From the NCBI RefSeq assembly GCF_009914755.1, contig NC_060927.1: a stretch of 64,000 nucleotides of DNA. The stretch is one strand, 5' to 3'. This document shows positions 29,713 through 54,999 of this stretch, piece after piece. Below the pieces are notes generated by a model, which saw only the letters and a program-made list of their open reading frames with translations, did not search any database and had not been told where the DNA came from. Origin of the DNA: the human T2T-CHM13v2.0 reference genome, Homo sapiens. The translations under genes were made by a program, and so were the position numbers. Position 1 is the first letter of the stretch. Every line of letters begins with the position of its first letter.

Positions 29713-32700
29713 CAAAATGTAGTTTATGAAGACCTAGGCCAATTAAATACTCCACCAAAAGAGGCTCTGTGAAAATACATGTCTTGGAAAACAATACATA
29801 CTAAGGCATATTAACACATCAAAGTTATGAATCATCCTGCAGGAAAGAAATGGTTTATAATTTTGTCAATTCTGGCATTTGATTACAATGCCAGTTTTTA
29901 CTTAACACCTATTAATCTCCCATGGAACTAAAGTTTCACATAACATACTTTGGGAAAAGCTACTCTAAGCCAGTAGAAGATAATATGGATTTGGAATGTG
30001 GAAAGGGACATGAAAACAGGATTTTAGTAAGATAAATTTGAAGTCGTGTGCAGTGATATTAAAGCAGAAACAGCCTAGAAGCTAGAGCCCTGCTAGGAAG
30101 CTACTTTAGCAATCCAGGTCTGAAGTGATAGAGGCTTGCACTTGGGGGGGAATGGGGCAGAAAAGGAAGATAATGAGCCATTTTATGGAAAAGTGCTTGC
30201 ATATATAGATTCTAAATAAAAAAAGAGTAGTAGAAACCTCCACAGTTTGGAGCTTGGTAGGTGAAAGACTAAATAGCCACCAAAGGAAAGGCTGGTTCAG
30301 GGGCAAAATGTGATGTGTTCAGTTATTGATATGTTCGGTTTAGAATCATGGTAGAAAGAGGTCTGTAAGAAATATCTAGCCAATTTTGGAATTATGAGGC
30401 TTGTGTGAAGGATGTCAAAATTATAGATGAATTTGGAAATCACCAGCATTGGGATGGAAACTAAGTCATAGGATTAAACTCTTACTCTCCTTCCCATTTC
30501 CCTCAGCCAGACCAATCCCTTCTCTTTGCAAGTGGCTTCATTTTCAGAGGCATGCTTCCTCAATCAGCCTCAGGTCTTCTTGATAAGCCTCACAAAGAAA
30601 CACTTTTAATTATAGTCATTCCTGAATGCAGCTCTGCACTGAATAGTGTTAACCATGCACCATCAGCAAGAAGTTAACGAAAATAAGCCCTGGAAGGAGT
30701 TCCTTAGATATACAAGGAAAATTAACTTTGGAATGTTACCACATTTACAGAACACAAGTCAACTGTAGACAGAAATATTCTGCTCTCATTACATGCCAAA
30801 CCAATGGCACGTACCCTCTACTGCAGAGCCTCAATATTATACAATCCCAAAGCTGAAGGTATCCATACACAGTAGGTTTTAGACAAATTTCATAAGCTAA
30901 AAAACGTGCATTCTTCTGGAAGCTAGTACTTACGAAAATATGTTTGTGCACTGTCAATCAATTCTGCAGGGACTTACAAAGAGTCTTCGTGTACTTAGCC
31001 CTGAAATGACCCATGGTCTTTTCCCTTCTCCACACTGGACCTCTGGAGTTGCACAGTCCCATATTTGAATCCTGTCAGCCCTATGGGCCATATGATTATG
31101 ATTCTGAACCGGTTACTTAACTGCCCTGGGCCTTGGTTTTCTCACCTACAAAAATGTGATAAAAAATACCTTATTCATTTGTTTATGCATTCATACATAC
31201 CTTCATTCAGCAAATACTGTTCAGCTCCCACTTACGACTATACCAAGTCTTGAGCACTCTCACAGTGGCAAAAGAAGCAGGCATGGTCCCTAAAGGCAGG
31301 GAGCTTAAATCTTACTGGGTTTTTAAAAAAATCAAATGATGTATGCAAATTACAAGGTACAGTGGTTCATGCATAAAAGGGACTCAATAAACACTAGTTC
31401 CTTTCTTTCCTATAGATCAGAGGACACAAACTCAAGTGCCTATGGTGGCCAACATAAACATGTGCAGCAGTGGCAATGTGATATGTGACTGTGGCAATGT
31501 GATATGGAGAGCTCACGACTTCATTAAAGGGTAGAGACCCAGTCAGCATCGGCTGATTGTTTCCAGAAGGGGATGCAGATTAAGTGTTCTCCCAGTCTTT
31601 AAAGAGAAGCAGGAAATATCCCTATATTTAAATGTTGACAACTAATTTCAAACCCTGGGTGGGCCAAATAAAATACACCTAACCTAGGGGCTGCCAGTTT
31701 GCAACCTCTATACAAGCTAACCCCAAGAAGGCAAGGCACTTGGATAACTCCCAGTTTTCAGTACTCTCTGGGGCATGATGCAGGAAGGCTAATGGACCCT
31801 CAGGTAAAATCCTTATTTCACTCCAGCTTGGTCTCAATCAATCAGCATAACTCTCTTCATGCTCTGCTGAAACAGGAACCTGGAGTGACAGGATCATTAT
31901 CACCAGAGGAAAGAAAAATCTCACCATGGGTCATCAGCTTGCATTATAGAAATGAATATAGGGCTAGACAGGAGGAAACAATGAAAAGGGACCCCAACAG
32001 AGAGGAGTGAAGCACAAGCAGTTCAGGCACCAAATTGTGCTGATTGGATTTAAAGGTATCTACCACAGGGACGATCACAAATACACCAGAAAGATTCTGC
32101 CAGCACTTTCAGGTGATATTTCCCAAGGTGATATTCACTGCTTCTACTGCTTCCTTTGTCTCTGACTCATTCTTTCCAGTTCAATCTATTTTGTTTATAG
32201 ATTTAATATCTGGCACTATTCCTCCAAAGAGCTCATGATTTCCCTCTGTGCTCTCTTCCCCCTCCTGCTTCAGAGCAGGCCAGATGGAAAACTAAATAAT
32301 AAACAGTGACAGATGTAAAAAGATTTGTATTACTTTGGTTTAAGGCCCCAAATGAAGCTTCTCCAATAGACTACTAGAATGGAGCTGCCTCACCCCTTCC
32401 AGAAGAGTCTAAGCATTATTAACTCTGACATTCACCTGGCTTTATAAACCCCAGTAATTATAATTGTGCTAGAGACTCACATGCCCTCCTTTAATGTGTT
32501 TCTCTTGTCCAGCCATAGAAGGGTAACAGGATTCCATGAGTCAGAGATGACCCTGATAGACCTGAGTCATCCCAGAAGTCCATCATATGCTCTGGGAAAA
32601 CCAACATCCAGTAGTTTTTTTACTTGCTGGGAAGATCTAGAAACAATAAAATGAGTACCCAGCCCCATTTCTTGATGTGTACAAGAGCCCTGTGGAAGAG

Positions 32701-32827
32701 ATGTTGGACTCTGCCCACAATTGAGATATACAACCCTGTATGACGGACTGGGAGTTGCTCTAAGAAAAGGCTAGACTATTAGAAGAGACAATGGGGCCAC
32801 TAAAAGAAAATCACCGTGAATGAAGGA

Positions 32828-33198
32828 GTCTGGCATCCTGGGCTGCTATAACGAAATGCCATAGACTAAGTAATTTAAGCAACAGAAATTTATTTTCTCA
32901 CAATTCTAGAGGCTGGAAGTCCAAGATCAAGGAGCCAGTATGGCTGGGTTTTGGTGAGGGCCTTCTTCCTGTCTCGCAGAAAGTGTCCTCACATAACAGA
33001 TTGAGACAGAAAGAGAGAATGGGAATCTTCCTCTTCTTATAAAGCCAGAGTCCTATGTGATTAGGACACCACTCTTAATACCTCATATAACCCTAATTAC
33101 TTCCTAAACACCCTCGCTCCAGATAGAGTCACATAGCAGGTTAGGGCTTCGGCATATTAATTTGAGGAGGGGAGAGGAACACAATTCAGTCCATAGCA
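32828..33198 (-). mobile_element. MLT1A/B-like LTR
   Basis: ggctgctataac...ggctggaagtccaagatcaagg...cagtccatagca. Confidence 0.8.
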
Positions 33199-33600
33199 GT
33201 GGGCTAGAGAGAGCAGCACGATGTGGACATTGAAGGTTCCTAGAACAGTTGCCTGATTATCCCCCAGTCCAGTAGGATTTTCTTCCCTACCCTCCACACT
33301 CAAGTGCTCCTTTGCTCTGGGAAAGAGATGCTTAAAGCACGAAGAAAAGAATGTGTCCCTAGGGCTCAAGAGCTCAGCTATAGGAGCCTCCCCTGAAATA
33401 AATACCCAGGAGAAGGAAAATATTTCCCAGCTGCTTACAGCTGTGGAAGAATACTGGAGATCAGTATTCTGGGGGGAAAGTGTTGGGAGAAGAGGTCAGC
33501 AGCAACACAGGCTGTGCTGTGGTCCCTACCTGAGCAGGGTGCAGGTCAGCACCCAAAGGAGGCTGGCAGACAACTTGGTCAACTACTTGGGCCACTGATT

Positions 33601-33749
33601 GCTACATTTGTTTGTTTGTTTGTTTGCGTTATAGAGATGGGGTTTCACCATGTTGGCCAGGCTGGTCTTGAACTCCTGACCTCAAGCAATCCACCCACCT
33701 CGGCCTCCCAAAGTGTTGAGATTACAGGTGTGAGCCACCGCACCGGGCC
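33601..33749 (-). mobile_element. Alu left monomer with its own TSD
   Basis: 13-bp TSD tgggccactgatt (33588 / 33750); (TTTG)n tail. Confidence 0.85.
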
Positions 33750-34012
33750 TGGGCCACTGATTTCTAGACTGACTAGGCTTTCTGGTAGACATGGATTGAA
33801 GTATGGCTGTAAATGTCACATTTGTCTTCACCAGTCGGTAAGGCCAAGAGACATTTGTGCTACCGGCGTTCTCCTAACACCCTACAGATCACTGACTCAT
33901 AGAATCATCTTATCCCAAACTGCTTGAGAATCTAGATACAGGCTTTACTAACACTTTGCTAACAACAGTAACTTTTGCCGAAGTTTCAATTAAAAGTCAA
34001 ATAGGAAAGCTA

Positions 34013-34327
<315 letters not shown>

Positions 34328-35634
34328 TCATTTTGATTGTATTTCATGAGAATCAAAATGACTTTCACGGGAATCTGAGCTTGGTGGTACTCTACACACA
34401 TGGCTGCAAATAGCCTGCACCTTGCCAAGTGTCACCGGAACTTTTCAGTACTTATATTTCTTGACTTCTCTGGCAGCTGCCATTGTTGACAATTTCTTCC
34501 CTGATATTCTCTCTTCCTTTGACTTCTTCCTCTGGTCTCTCTGACCATCTTGTTATACCATGGGTGGGCCTGATGCCAGTGAAGAGGTAGTAAGAAAAGA
34601 AAACACATCAACATGTGCCTATGGCACAGCAAGGAATAAAGTGGCCTTCAGTGCCTTTACTTAGACTCTTGAGGGCTTTCCCTACCTGAAAAACAGTGAA
34701 TTGAAGATCAGATTTGAGAATGGCTTCACTCACCCTTGAACTTTGGTTACAACTCCATGAGGAGGCAGAAGAACCTCCAGAGTGTACTCATTCGCTTTTA
34801 TTATTCTCATTTCCTGTGCCTGTTCTGATTACTTGCAGGTTTCACAGAAAGCTGAAATGAAAGCAACCTCGAACTTGTCCAACTGGTCATTCTTGCCAGG
34901 CTTTCAACCCAGACTAGCCCATTCTGGGCTGTCCGGGCCCACCATGCCTCTTCGATCTTCTCACTGGACTCCTTGTCCCCCGGCATCCCCTGCTCAGCTC
35001 TTAGTACATCTCCCACAAGCCCTTCAAACTGCACACATGCAAAATTAAATTTATTGTCTTCTTCCACAGTCTGATCCTCCTCTCATATTCTCCTTTTTGC
35101 TCAACTGTATGTCCATTAACGTAGCTAAACAAGCTGGAAAGCCAAAACCCCAAGTTTCTTCAAATGCGTATTTGAAGATACTTTAAGGATATGGAAGAAT
35201 CATGCTGGCTCTTTGAAAGACCAATTTTATTATTGACTTGAAGGTGTGGTATGTGTTTATAGTCCTCGTAGGGCTGTTGAATATGTCTTAAATCAGCTTT
35301 TCCTTCTCCATCCACACCATGACCTTGGTTCTTACTTACATTGCCTTTTTCCCGAACTACTACAACAATCTCTCATCCAGTCTCTCTCATTCACATTCTC
35401 ATAAATGCTGCCAAAGTAATCTTTTGTTTCAAGTATTTGTAAATACTTTTTTCTTTTTTATAGAAGTCATATATGTTTACTGTAGACATTTCAGAAAAAT
35501 CCTTAATAGTACAAAAACACAATTACTAGTAGCATTGTATTATATATACTTCTAGCCATTTTCTATGAATAGGCATACATCTTTATATTAAAAAGATTAT
35601 ATTATGCATACTCTTATATGCTCTACTTTTAAAT

Positions 35635-39350
<3,716 letters not shown>

Positions 39351-40343
39351 CAGTTTTTCAAACACTGATCTTACATTACAGAAGAATATATGCAGGACTC
39401 TGTTAAATATCAGCAGGGCTACGAGGTCTGAGCTACCGATGAGCCTAATCTAAGCATAAACAAGGCTGTGTTGAGAACTACATTAACACTGCTCTGTGCT
39501 CGGCCCAAGCTACTCAGCCACTGACCTGCAGATTCATACTCTTTATTAGAATATGAAAGACTAGCAGAAAAGAGGAGACAGATCTTCCTATATAAGTTAC
39601 TATCCAAGGAAATGGAGACATCTGTACAATTGATTCTGGTGACAGGTTCAAAGCTTCTTATTTTCCCATCTAGCCCTAGGAAGTCATGCTTTTAAAATGT
39701 ATGGGATTTACCTTGACAAACAAAGCTTACAAAAGGATGTGGAAATCTGATTTCCACCAGCCCAACTTGCACTTCGACAGGGATTCTGTAATGTTACCAG
39801 CCTGAGAAAGAACTGATCTACTGAGTAATACATTTCCATTCCCTTATGGAGGAAGAGAAGAGAAAATTGGCTAAATCAGTACAACTTGATTTTGCTCACA
39901 TTTCTACTGCCAAGAGTAGCATGGTTACTCACCAACAGGCACTAGAAACACCCACACACTCACAGACATGTACTGCCAGGCATTTGTTAGGCTACAACCT
40001 AATGAGCTTGCCATTTTCAATCATCTAGGCTCCTCATTATTCAGTAGCACCAAAATTGGGTTCACCGCAACAGTAGAATTTTATGTGCAGTACTAAGTCA
40101 GCTATGAATCACAAATAGTTACATTTCATCCAAGACAAAGCTCCAAAACCTTTTCTCTGCACATTCTCTGTGGTAGGTGAAATGACATCTATGAGAGTCC
40201 CTGGCAGACCACAGTAAGGGTAGCAGAGAATATGCAATGACTAAGGAAGAGAGAAAACAAGAAAGAGACAAAGAGTGAAAAGAAGAGTGGAAAGAAAAGG
40301 GAGAAAGACTAAAAGTAATCAAACATTTAAAAAGACAAATGTG

Positions 40344-42027
<1,684 letters not shown>

Positions 42028-42809
42028 AAAAAGACAAATGTGAATAATTTCATTTATTATAGTCCTGAGTTGCCATAGGTTATATTTATTGAGTGCCATC
42101 TACTCTATGTCAGACACTGTCCTAAGTGCTTTACGTGCACAATTTAATTCAGTCAACACATATTCACTGCACACCTTGTGTGTGCCAGGCACTTTTCTAA
42201 GCAAAGAATATTTTTGTAGAGAACAAAACAGATGAAAATCTCCTTCTTGGAGCTTACATTTCAGTAGGGAAGGTCTTATTTAATCATCACAACAAAGAAA
42301 AGAGATAGGAAAGGCAAGGAGAGAGGGAAAGGATATGTATGGACAGAAAAAGATAATTTAGGGAGGGGAATGCAAAGGAGAAGAAGGTTAGAGTAAAGCA
42401 TCATCTTCAGGGCTTTGAGATGCTGGATGAAATGGATAAGTCCCTGTCCATGCCTCAGACTCTTCAACATGATGGCTAGGAGGGTCCCAGTACAATGGGT
42501 TTAGTGAAAAGTCTGAGTTGTAACTATGTTTGAAGAAATATGCTTCCACATTATTTCAAATGTAGATGGTAATTTGAGGTGCTAACAAAGTCTTTCTGAA
42601 TAGACTTTCTGAATAGTCTTTCTGTTTTAATAAAGAGATCAGACACATCTGTAATAAGCAGTGTTCACTTGCACATGTAACTCTTCTTTCTTCCAGCTAC
42701 TCTGGTGAAAGGGAAAAAAAATCAGTGGCCTAATGATGAGCCAGCTAGCTGGCTGAATTTCTCACCAGCACCAACCATAATATTAATAGATACCATTAAC
42801 TGAGAACTT

Positions 42810-43240
42810 ATTATTTGCTACATAACAAACTACCCCAAAACTTAGTAGTTTACCACAGTGATTTATTATTTCTTGTCATCCCGGGGGTTGGCAGGTGAGT
42901 TCTGGGCTCACCTAGGCTTGCTCATGTGACTGTAGTCAGATGGTGGGCTCTGCTAGGATGCTGGCTCCCTCATGCCTCTTTTTTCATGTGGTCTTTCAAC
43001 ATGCAAGAGTTCAGGCTGGGCTTCTTTACATAGAGGCAAGAGCAGTCCAAGAGAGGAAAAAAGGAGGCTCTTGCAACCTAGACTTGGAATTAGCCAGTGA
43101 CACATCTGCCACATTCTAGGGGGTCAAAGTAAATCATAAACCCAGCCGAGATACCACCTTTTCTAGAAAGCAATAGTGGTACTTATAACCATGAGAAGAA
43201 TTGTTGAAAAACCTTTGTAGGCAATCTACTTCATTTGCCA
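42810..43240 (-). mobile_element. Old MLT1-family LTR
   Basis: cataacaaactaccccaaaacttagtagttta...tttattatttct. Confidence 0.6.
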
Positions 43241-43527
43241 TGTGCCAGAAATTTTACCTTATCTCAGTGAAACTTCCCAGCAATTTATGAGATAGTCACC
43301 ATTGTATCCCTATTTTCCAGTCAAAGAAAATGTTCCTGAAAGGCTAAATATCCTTTTGCAAGTTGGTGGAAGATCTAGGACCAATCTTAATCGCGTTAGA
43401 GTTCCAATTCACAAGCATCCCTCAATAAGGGATCCCAATTCACAAGCATCCCTCAATAAGGTCAGTAGAGTTAGAGGGATTGAACCCCATATTCCCTCCT
43501 CCCTGAGGGAAGAAGAAGAGCCTGGAA

Positions 43528-44635
43528 CAGTCATGTGCTGCGTAACAAAGTTTTAGTGAATGCATGGACCGCATATACAAAAGTGGTCCCATAAGATTAT
43601 AATACTCTATTTTTCCTGTACCTTTTTTATGTTTAGATACACATATACTTACCATTGTGTTACAATTGCCTACAGTATCCAATACAGTAACATACTGTCA
43701 GGTTTGTAGCCTAGGAGCAACAGGCTGTATCAAACAGCCTAGGTGTTGTCAAATTATACCCCCAGTTAACAGACAAAATGGATTCTCTGTGGCTCAAAAG
43801 TAAAAACAGACCCAAGGGGCCATGGAAGGGTGAGGGAGCAGTCAAGCTCTTCGTGTCCTTAGAGAATGCTGCAAAACCTGTTTTTCTGCAACCAAGTCAA
43901 AGAAGAGTTCCTGGAAACAACGGCAGCTGGGAATTCCCCAGTTGACCACCACAAGACCACCTCCTGCCAACAGACAACCTGGAACCAGCCAATTAAGAGA
44001 GACTGGTGATTTGGGGCTTTAAGGCCATCTAATCGACACTCTGTTTCTGACTCCCCTGATTACCCTCCCCTGTCCTGCAGTTTTTGCCTTTATAATCTCT
44101 AACTTTCCACCCTGCTTAGAGCCCACTTCTGTTTTACACCTGAAGCTGCATTTCCCCAATCTGCAGATTGTTTTTTACAGAAAATAAAACTCTCCCCTTT
44201 TCCTCCACAGATGTTATGGACATTTTTTTTTTTTTTTTTTTTGAGATGGAGTCTCACTCTGTCACCCAGGCTGAAGCACAGTGGCACGATCTCAGCTCAC
44301 TGCTGCCTCCACCTCCCAGCTTCAAGTGATTCTCCTGCCTCAGCCTCCTGAGTTGCTGGGATTACAGGCACGCATCACTACGCCTGGCTAATTTTTGTAT
44401 TATTAGTAGAGATAGGGTTTCACCATGTTGACCAGGCTGGTCTCAAACTCCTGACCTCAGGTGATCCACCCACCTCGGCCTCCCAAAGTGCTGGGATTAC
44501 TGGCGTGAGCCACCATGCCTGGCCTCATGGTCTTTTGTTAACAGTGTGTAGCTGGCTATGGGTTCACACAATGACAAAATCACCTAACAGCACATTTCTC
44601 GGATCATATCCCCTTCTTTTAGCAATGCATGTCTG
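43528..44635 (+). mobile_element. Tigger3a-like element, interrupted by an ERV1 solo LTR (43747-44543) that itself contains an AluS(-) (44223-44524)
   Basis: TIRs cagtcatgtg / gcatgtctg. LTR TG..CA with 4-bp TSD gtgt (43743 / 44544) and AATAAA near 44183. Confidence 0.85.
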
Positions 44636-46347
44636 TAGTTAAGAGCTCTGCAGCTGGGGTCAGGCCACCTTGGTGTGCGTTTGAATCTTGGCTCTAAGTC
44701 TCATCAACTCTGTGACTTTAGGCCAGTTAGTTAGCCTCAATTTCATCACCTGTATAACACGGCTAATAAGAATATCTACCCCCATAGACTATTATGTGAT
44801 ATACAGGTAAAACTCTGCCTCAACTGAGTATGTGCTCTGTAAATGCTGATTTCTGTTGTTGTTCCCTGAGTGTCCTGATTGGTTTACCATGAATCAAGCA
44901 GTACTACAGTCCCAAGGCCACAGTCTCTAGGGCTGTTGTTGATGCTGAGCCTATGTGGCTTTATCATCATTGTCCCTGCTGATCTTGCTGGTGATTCTGC
45001 TTTGCCTTTGGCACCGTGTTGCTGCTGCAGTGACCACTGCTGAGGGATCCTGTCCCTTTCTTTGCTCATTTGTTGCACTTCCTGCTTCCTGCAGCTGCCC
45101 CTTTGTGCAGGAGACCTGATGGCTATCCATGTTTACCTACAACATTCTCCCTTGTCAGTGCTCTTTTCGTTCCTCTGATATCACACAGGGAGGAGAGAAT
45201 GGAAGTTTCCCAGATTCAGGACATTCGCTGTATTTGACTCCTATACTAACTCAATTTGTGTTTTCTGTGCTTTGCAAAAGCAGTGTTTCAGCAGGAGGAA
45301 CCACTAGGTGGCAGGGGTGCTGCATTCCCCAGCTCATGACCTTCTTCCAGTAATCTCAGTTATAAGGATACAGTTCCTTTCCAAACGAATGAGCTGCTTT
45401 TAAATCAACTTACTTATCAACATGAAATTCAAGGAGAAGAATAAATTTCATATACATTCTCTTGAAAATTTACTGTGATGGCACTAAGTCCACCAACAAG
45501 CTCTCACAGGGGTTATGTTACTAAAGCGGTTTTATAGCCCTTGGCTTGAAAGGGCACGGGAAAAGTAAATAAGCCTCTGCTTGCTTAGAGCACAGCCAAA
45601 GCTGATTGTATTTCCCTCTAGTTGTTAACACCTGACAGGACAAAGGTCCTTCGGGTTAAAGGTTCATGGACTCCTAGGCTATTATTTCATTAATAAGATT
45701 ATATTAATAGATACATCTCTTATCTCTCAATGAGGTCCCAAAAGGTTTTCTTGGGGGAGATGGAATTTCAGTAGTGTACTGAATGAAAAGCAGGTGTAGG
45801 GGCATCCTTCTTTCAATTACATCCCCACAGGAATCCAACTGGCCAAGTGGGATCTTCTTTTAACAAAATAGATTGGGGAGTACAAGGAAGGGAGGAGAGG
45901 TAAAGGCCAGGAGTGCCAATGAAACCCTTGTCTCACAGTGCGGGGGATCAAGAGATGCTGTGCATAACTGACAGAACAAGAAGATGTTTAATACTAATAT
46001 ATCCCTTACACTTAAAAGGTAAATTTAATGTAGAGGAACAAACTACATTGGGTTGTAGCTATAATGGCAGAAGAAGGAAGGGGCGACAGGATGGTGGTAA
46101 TGTTAATAGGCTAAACTTCAAGTACCATAACAAAGTCCGCAGATAATAGCAAAAATTGAAAAAGCAAGAAATGGCACTACAAACGTGTCTTTTAGAGCCA
46201 TGAAGGTAATCACCATAGAAACGAAAAGCAGAAGTGGCTAACAGTCCTTGCCTCTCTCTGCAGGAGAGGAAGAAGGTGGGCAAGGGAGTGGCTGTACTAT
46301 CTGACTTTCTACCCAGAACCTTGTTTTACTTTAAGAATAGGCAAGGA

Positions 46348-46768
<421 letters not shown>

Positions 46769-47099
46769 TCATATGCTTGTTTACTCTTTAGTTTAATATA
46801 ACCACTACTTCCAGTTAGAAAGAAATGAGTGGCTTCAATTTCTACATGTAATGTTACCTGTCTCAAACTGGCATTTTCTAGCAAGATCCATTTTAGTCAA
46901 TATTTTCCAAGGAGGTCATCTGGTTCTTTCTGATATAAACGAACATACCATTTTTCTTTGTAATAAACCAGAACCATAAAGAGCATATGTGCCCACTTGT
47001 ACTTACTTTGTGACAGTTTAGCCTCGTTCTCGGCCATGCATCTGTCAGCAGGACATGGTTACTCTAAACCAGCAAATCTGCTAAGTCTGACCCTCAAAC

Positions 47100-48067
47100 T
47101 TCCTCTCCTTTCTTTTCAAACCCAAATCTAAAACACCAGCAATGACAGCCCATCCTTCAAAACACCCCAGAATTTGACAGTTCTCACCACACCCACCCCT
47201 AATATCCTAGTTTGAGATATCATCATCTCTCACTTGGACCAATGAAATCACCTAGTAACTGCTTCCATTCCTGCTCCCTAACATTGTCCAGGCAGCAGCC
47301 AGAGTGATTGTCTGTTTGTTCGTTTGTTTTGGTCAGGCACGGTGATAATTTGTGAGACACTGACTTCTACGATGTATCCATCCCATCTCTCTTCCACCTC
47401 TATCCTGCTCACTCCTCTGCAGCCTCACTGGCCACCTGGCTATTCCTAGGCCCTGCTGAATATGCTGAGGCCTTCTGCCTGGGATGCTCCCCTCCTGGCT
47501 ATCTAAATAGCTTGCTCTGTTGTTTCATTCAGGGTCTACTTTGTCACCTTATCAAAGAGGCTTTACCTGACCACCTGACATACAATAGACATATTCCTCC
47601 ACCTCTCCAGCACCGTCCACCAACCACCTTGCTTAATTTTTCTCCCTAATGCTTATTACCACAGAAATGTGATGTATATATTTTCTGTATTATCTGTTTC
47701 TTCCATTAGAACACAAGTAATTTATAAAGTAAAGACATTTATTTCTCACATTTCTGGAGGCTGGAAAGTCCAATGTCAAGGTGCTGGCATCTGGTGAGGG
47801 CCTTCTTGCTATGTCACCCCACGGCAGAAGGCAGAAGGGAAAGAGAACACACATGAGAGGGAGAAGGGAGCAAAACTCATCCTTTTATCTGGAATCCACT
47901 CCTGCAATAATTAACCTACTTCCATGATAACAGCATTAATTCATTCATCTAGGTAGAGCCCTCATGATCTAATCACAGCTTAAAGATCCCACTTCTCAAC
48001 ACTGTTCCAATGGGGCTTAAGTTTCAAACACATGAACTTTGGTGGCACACATTCAAACCACAGTAAC
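47100..48067. mobile_element. L2 fragment (~47100-47710) followed by an MST/MLT1A-like LTR(-) (~47715-48067)
   Basis: L2 motifs catcatctctcacttggac, cagcagccagagtgat; LTR ggctggaaagtccaatgtcaagg...attcaaaccacagta. Confidence 0.7.
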
Positions 48068-48116
48068 ATACTACCGGTGAACAACATGGGATAGAGAGAT
48101 ATTTCCTGAACCGTGA

Positions 48117-48751
<635 letters not shown>

Positions 48752-48917
48752 TGGGACATGATTTTAGATAGTACAAAGATAGGCATTAAATAACACCAAA
48801 TCAGGTCAAGAGAATATTTTCTTTTGATGACTTAATCTCTCTCATTATGTCAAGAAAATCTCATTATTGCTAGTTTGTCTCTAATATTTGTAATTTATAT
48901 TTTTTTATATTATTTTA

Positions 48918-49195
<278 letters not shown>

Positions 49196-49789
49196 ATATA
49201 CATTTTTTTTAATTGATAATGGGATCTCACTATGCTTTCTGTCTCTATATATTTGCCTATTCTGGGTATTTCATGTAAATGAAATCATGTAGGTATTTCA
49301 TGTAGGTATTTCTCAACAACGAAAGACATGTGGTCTTTCGTGTCTGGCATCTTAGCATAATATTTCAAAAGTCCATCCATATTGTAGCATGCATCTGATG
49401 GTCTTAAACTCCTAGGCTCAAGTGATCCTCCCACTTCTGCCTCCCAATTAGCTGAGATTACAGGCACACACCACCATACCTGGCTTGATAATTTATCCTT
49501 AAGGAATAGAGAATGTTACTCTTCTGGGGAGTATGTAAAAGAAAAAAAAAAAAAAAGAGTATAAAATGGGCCTTACATTAGAGCCTAAGAGCCTTTGCAA
49601 GGAACAGTGTCTGACCAGAATTTAATAACTTTGCTTTGTTTTCATTGTATTTATTCTTAAGGATACTATTTATTTTCATTATTTGCCTGGTAATGTGTTA
49701 ATCACATTTAAGTCTCCCAATATAAGTCTAGGAGGGAAATGATGAGTTACCCATATGACCAAAGTTTCCTTTTTCCTTTATAAAAGTTC

Positions 49790-53445
<3,656 letters not shown>

Positions 53446-53446
53446 T

Positions 53447-54440
<994 letters not shown>

Positions 54441-54785
54441 TCTGATTGGGCACAGTGGCTCATGCCTGTAATCCCAGCACTTTAGGAGGGCTAGACAGAA
54501 GAATCACTTGAACCCAGATGTTCGAGACCAGCTTAGGCAACATAGTGAGCCCCACTATTTCTATTTTTTTTAAACTAAAGAAAAATATGAAGTAAACAGT
54601 GCTAAAATAGTGATGGCAATACAGAAATCAGGAACTAGTGGCATGACATTTTGAGAAAGATATTTAAATAAGCTGGAGAGACTCGGTGTCTCCAGCTTTA
54701 AAACAGAAATCAGTCTCTGCCACTTCATAGGTGCTAGAACAAAAGAGACTTGTTCCAAATGAGATGACGCATGTGAAGCGCTTAC

Positions 54786-54999
54786 CCAGTGCTCGGCAAG
54801 GGGAAGCACTCTCTAAACGTTAGCAAATACCATGGTAGGACACAAGGCCCCTGACTCTCCGCTTTCAGCTTACTGAAGATCCTCAAAACCAACAGCACAC
54901 AGCTTCCAGCGCATGCTCCTTTCCCCAAGACCTTGTGGGGGAACCCGCCGCCAGCGCGGAGCCACCGTGACTCGTAGCCTGACTTCCGTTTCCGGGGGC
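54786..54999 (-). ncRNA. Candidate first exon of a divergent minus-strand transcript (probably an SRGAP3-locus non-coding isoform)
   Basis: Strong minus-strand donor TGG|GTAAGC (plus gcttac 54780-54785) about 200 bp from the ETS cluster; only tiny ATG ORFs. The 5' end is approximate. The SRGAP3 link is from memory of the locus, unverified. Confidence 0.6.
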
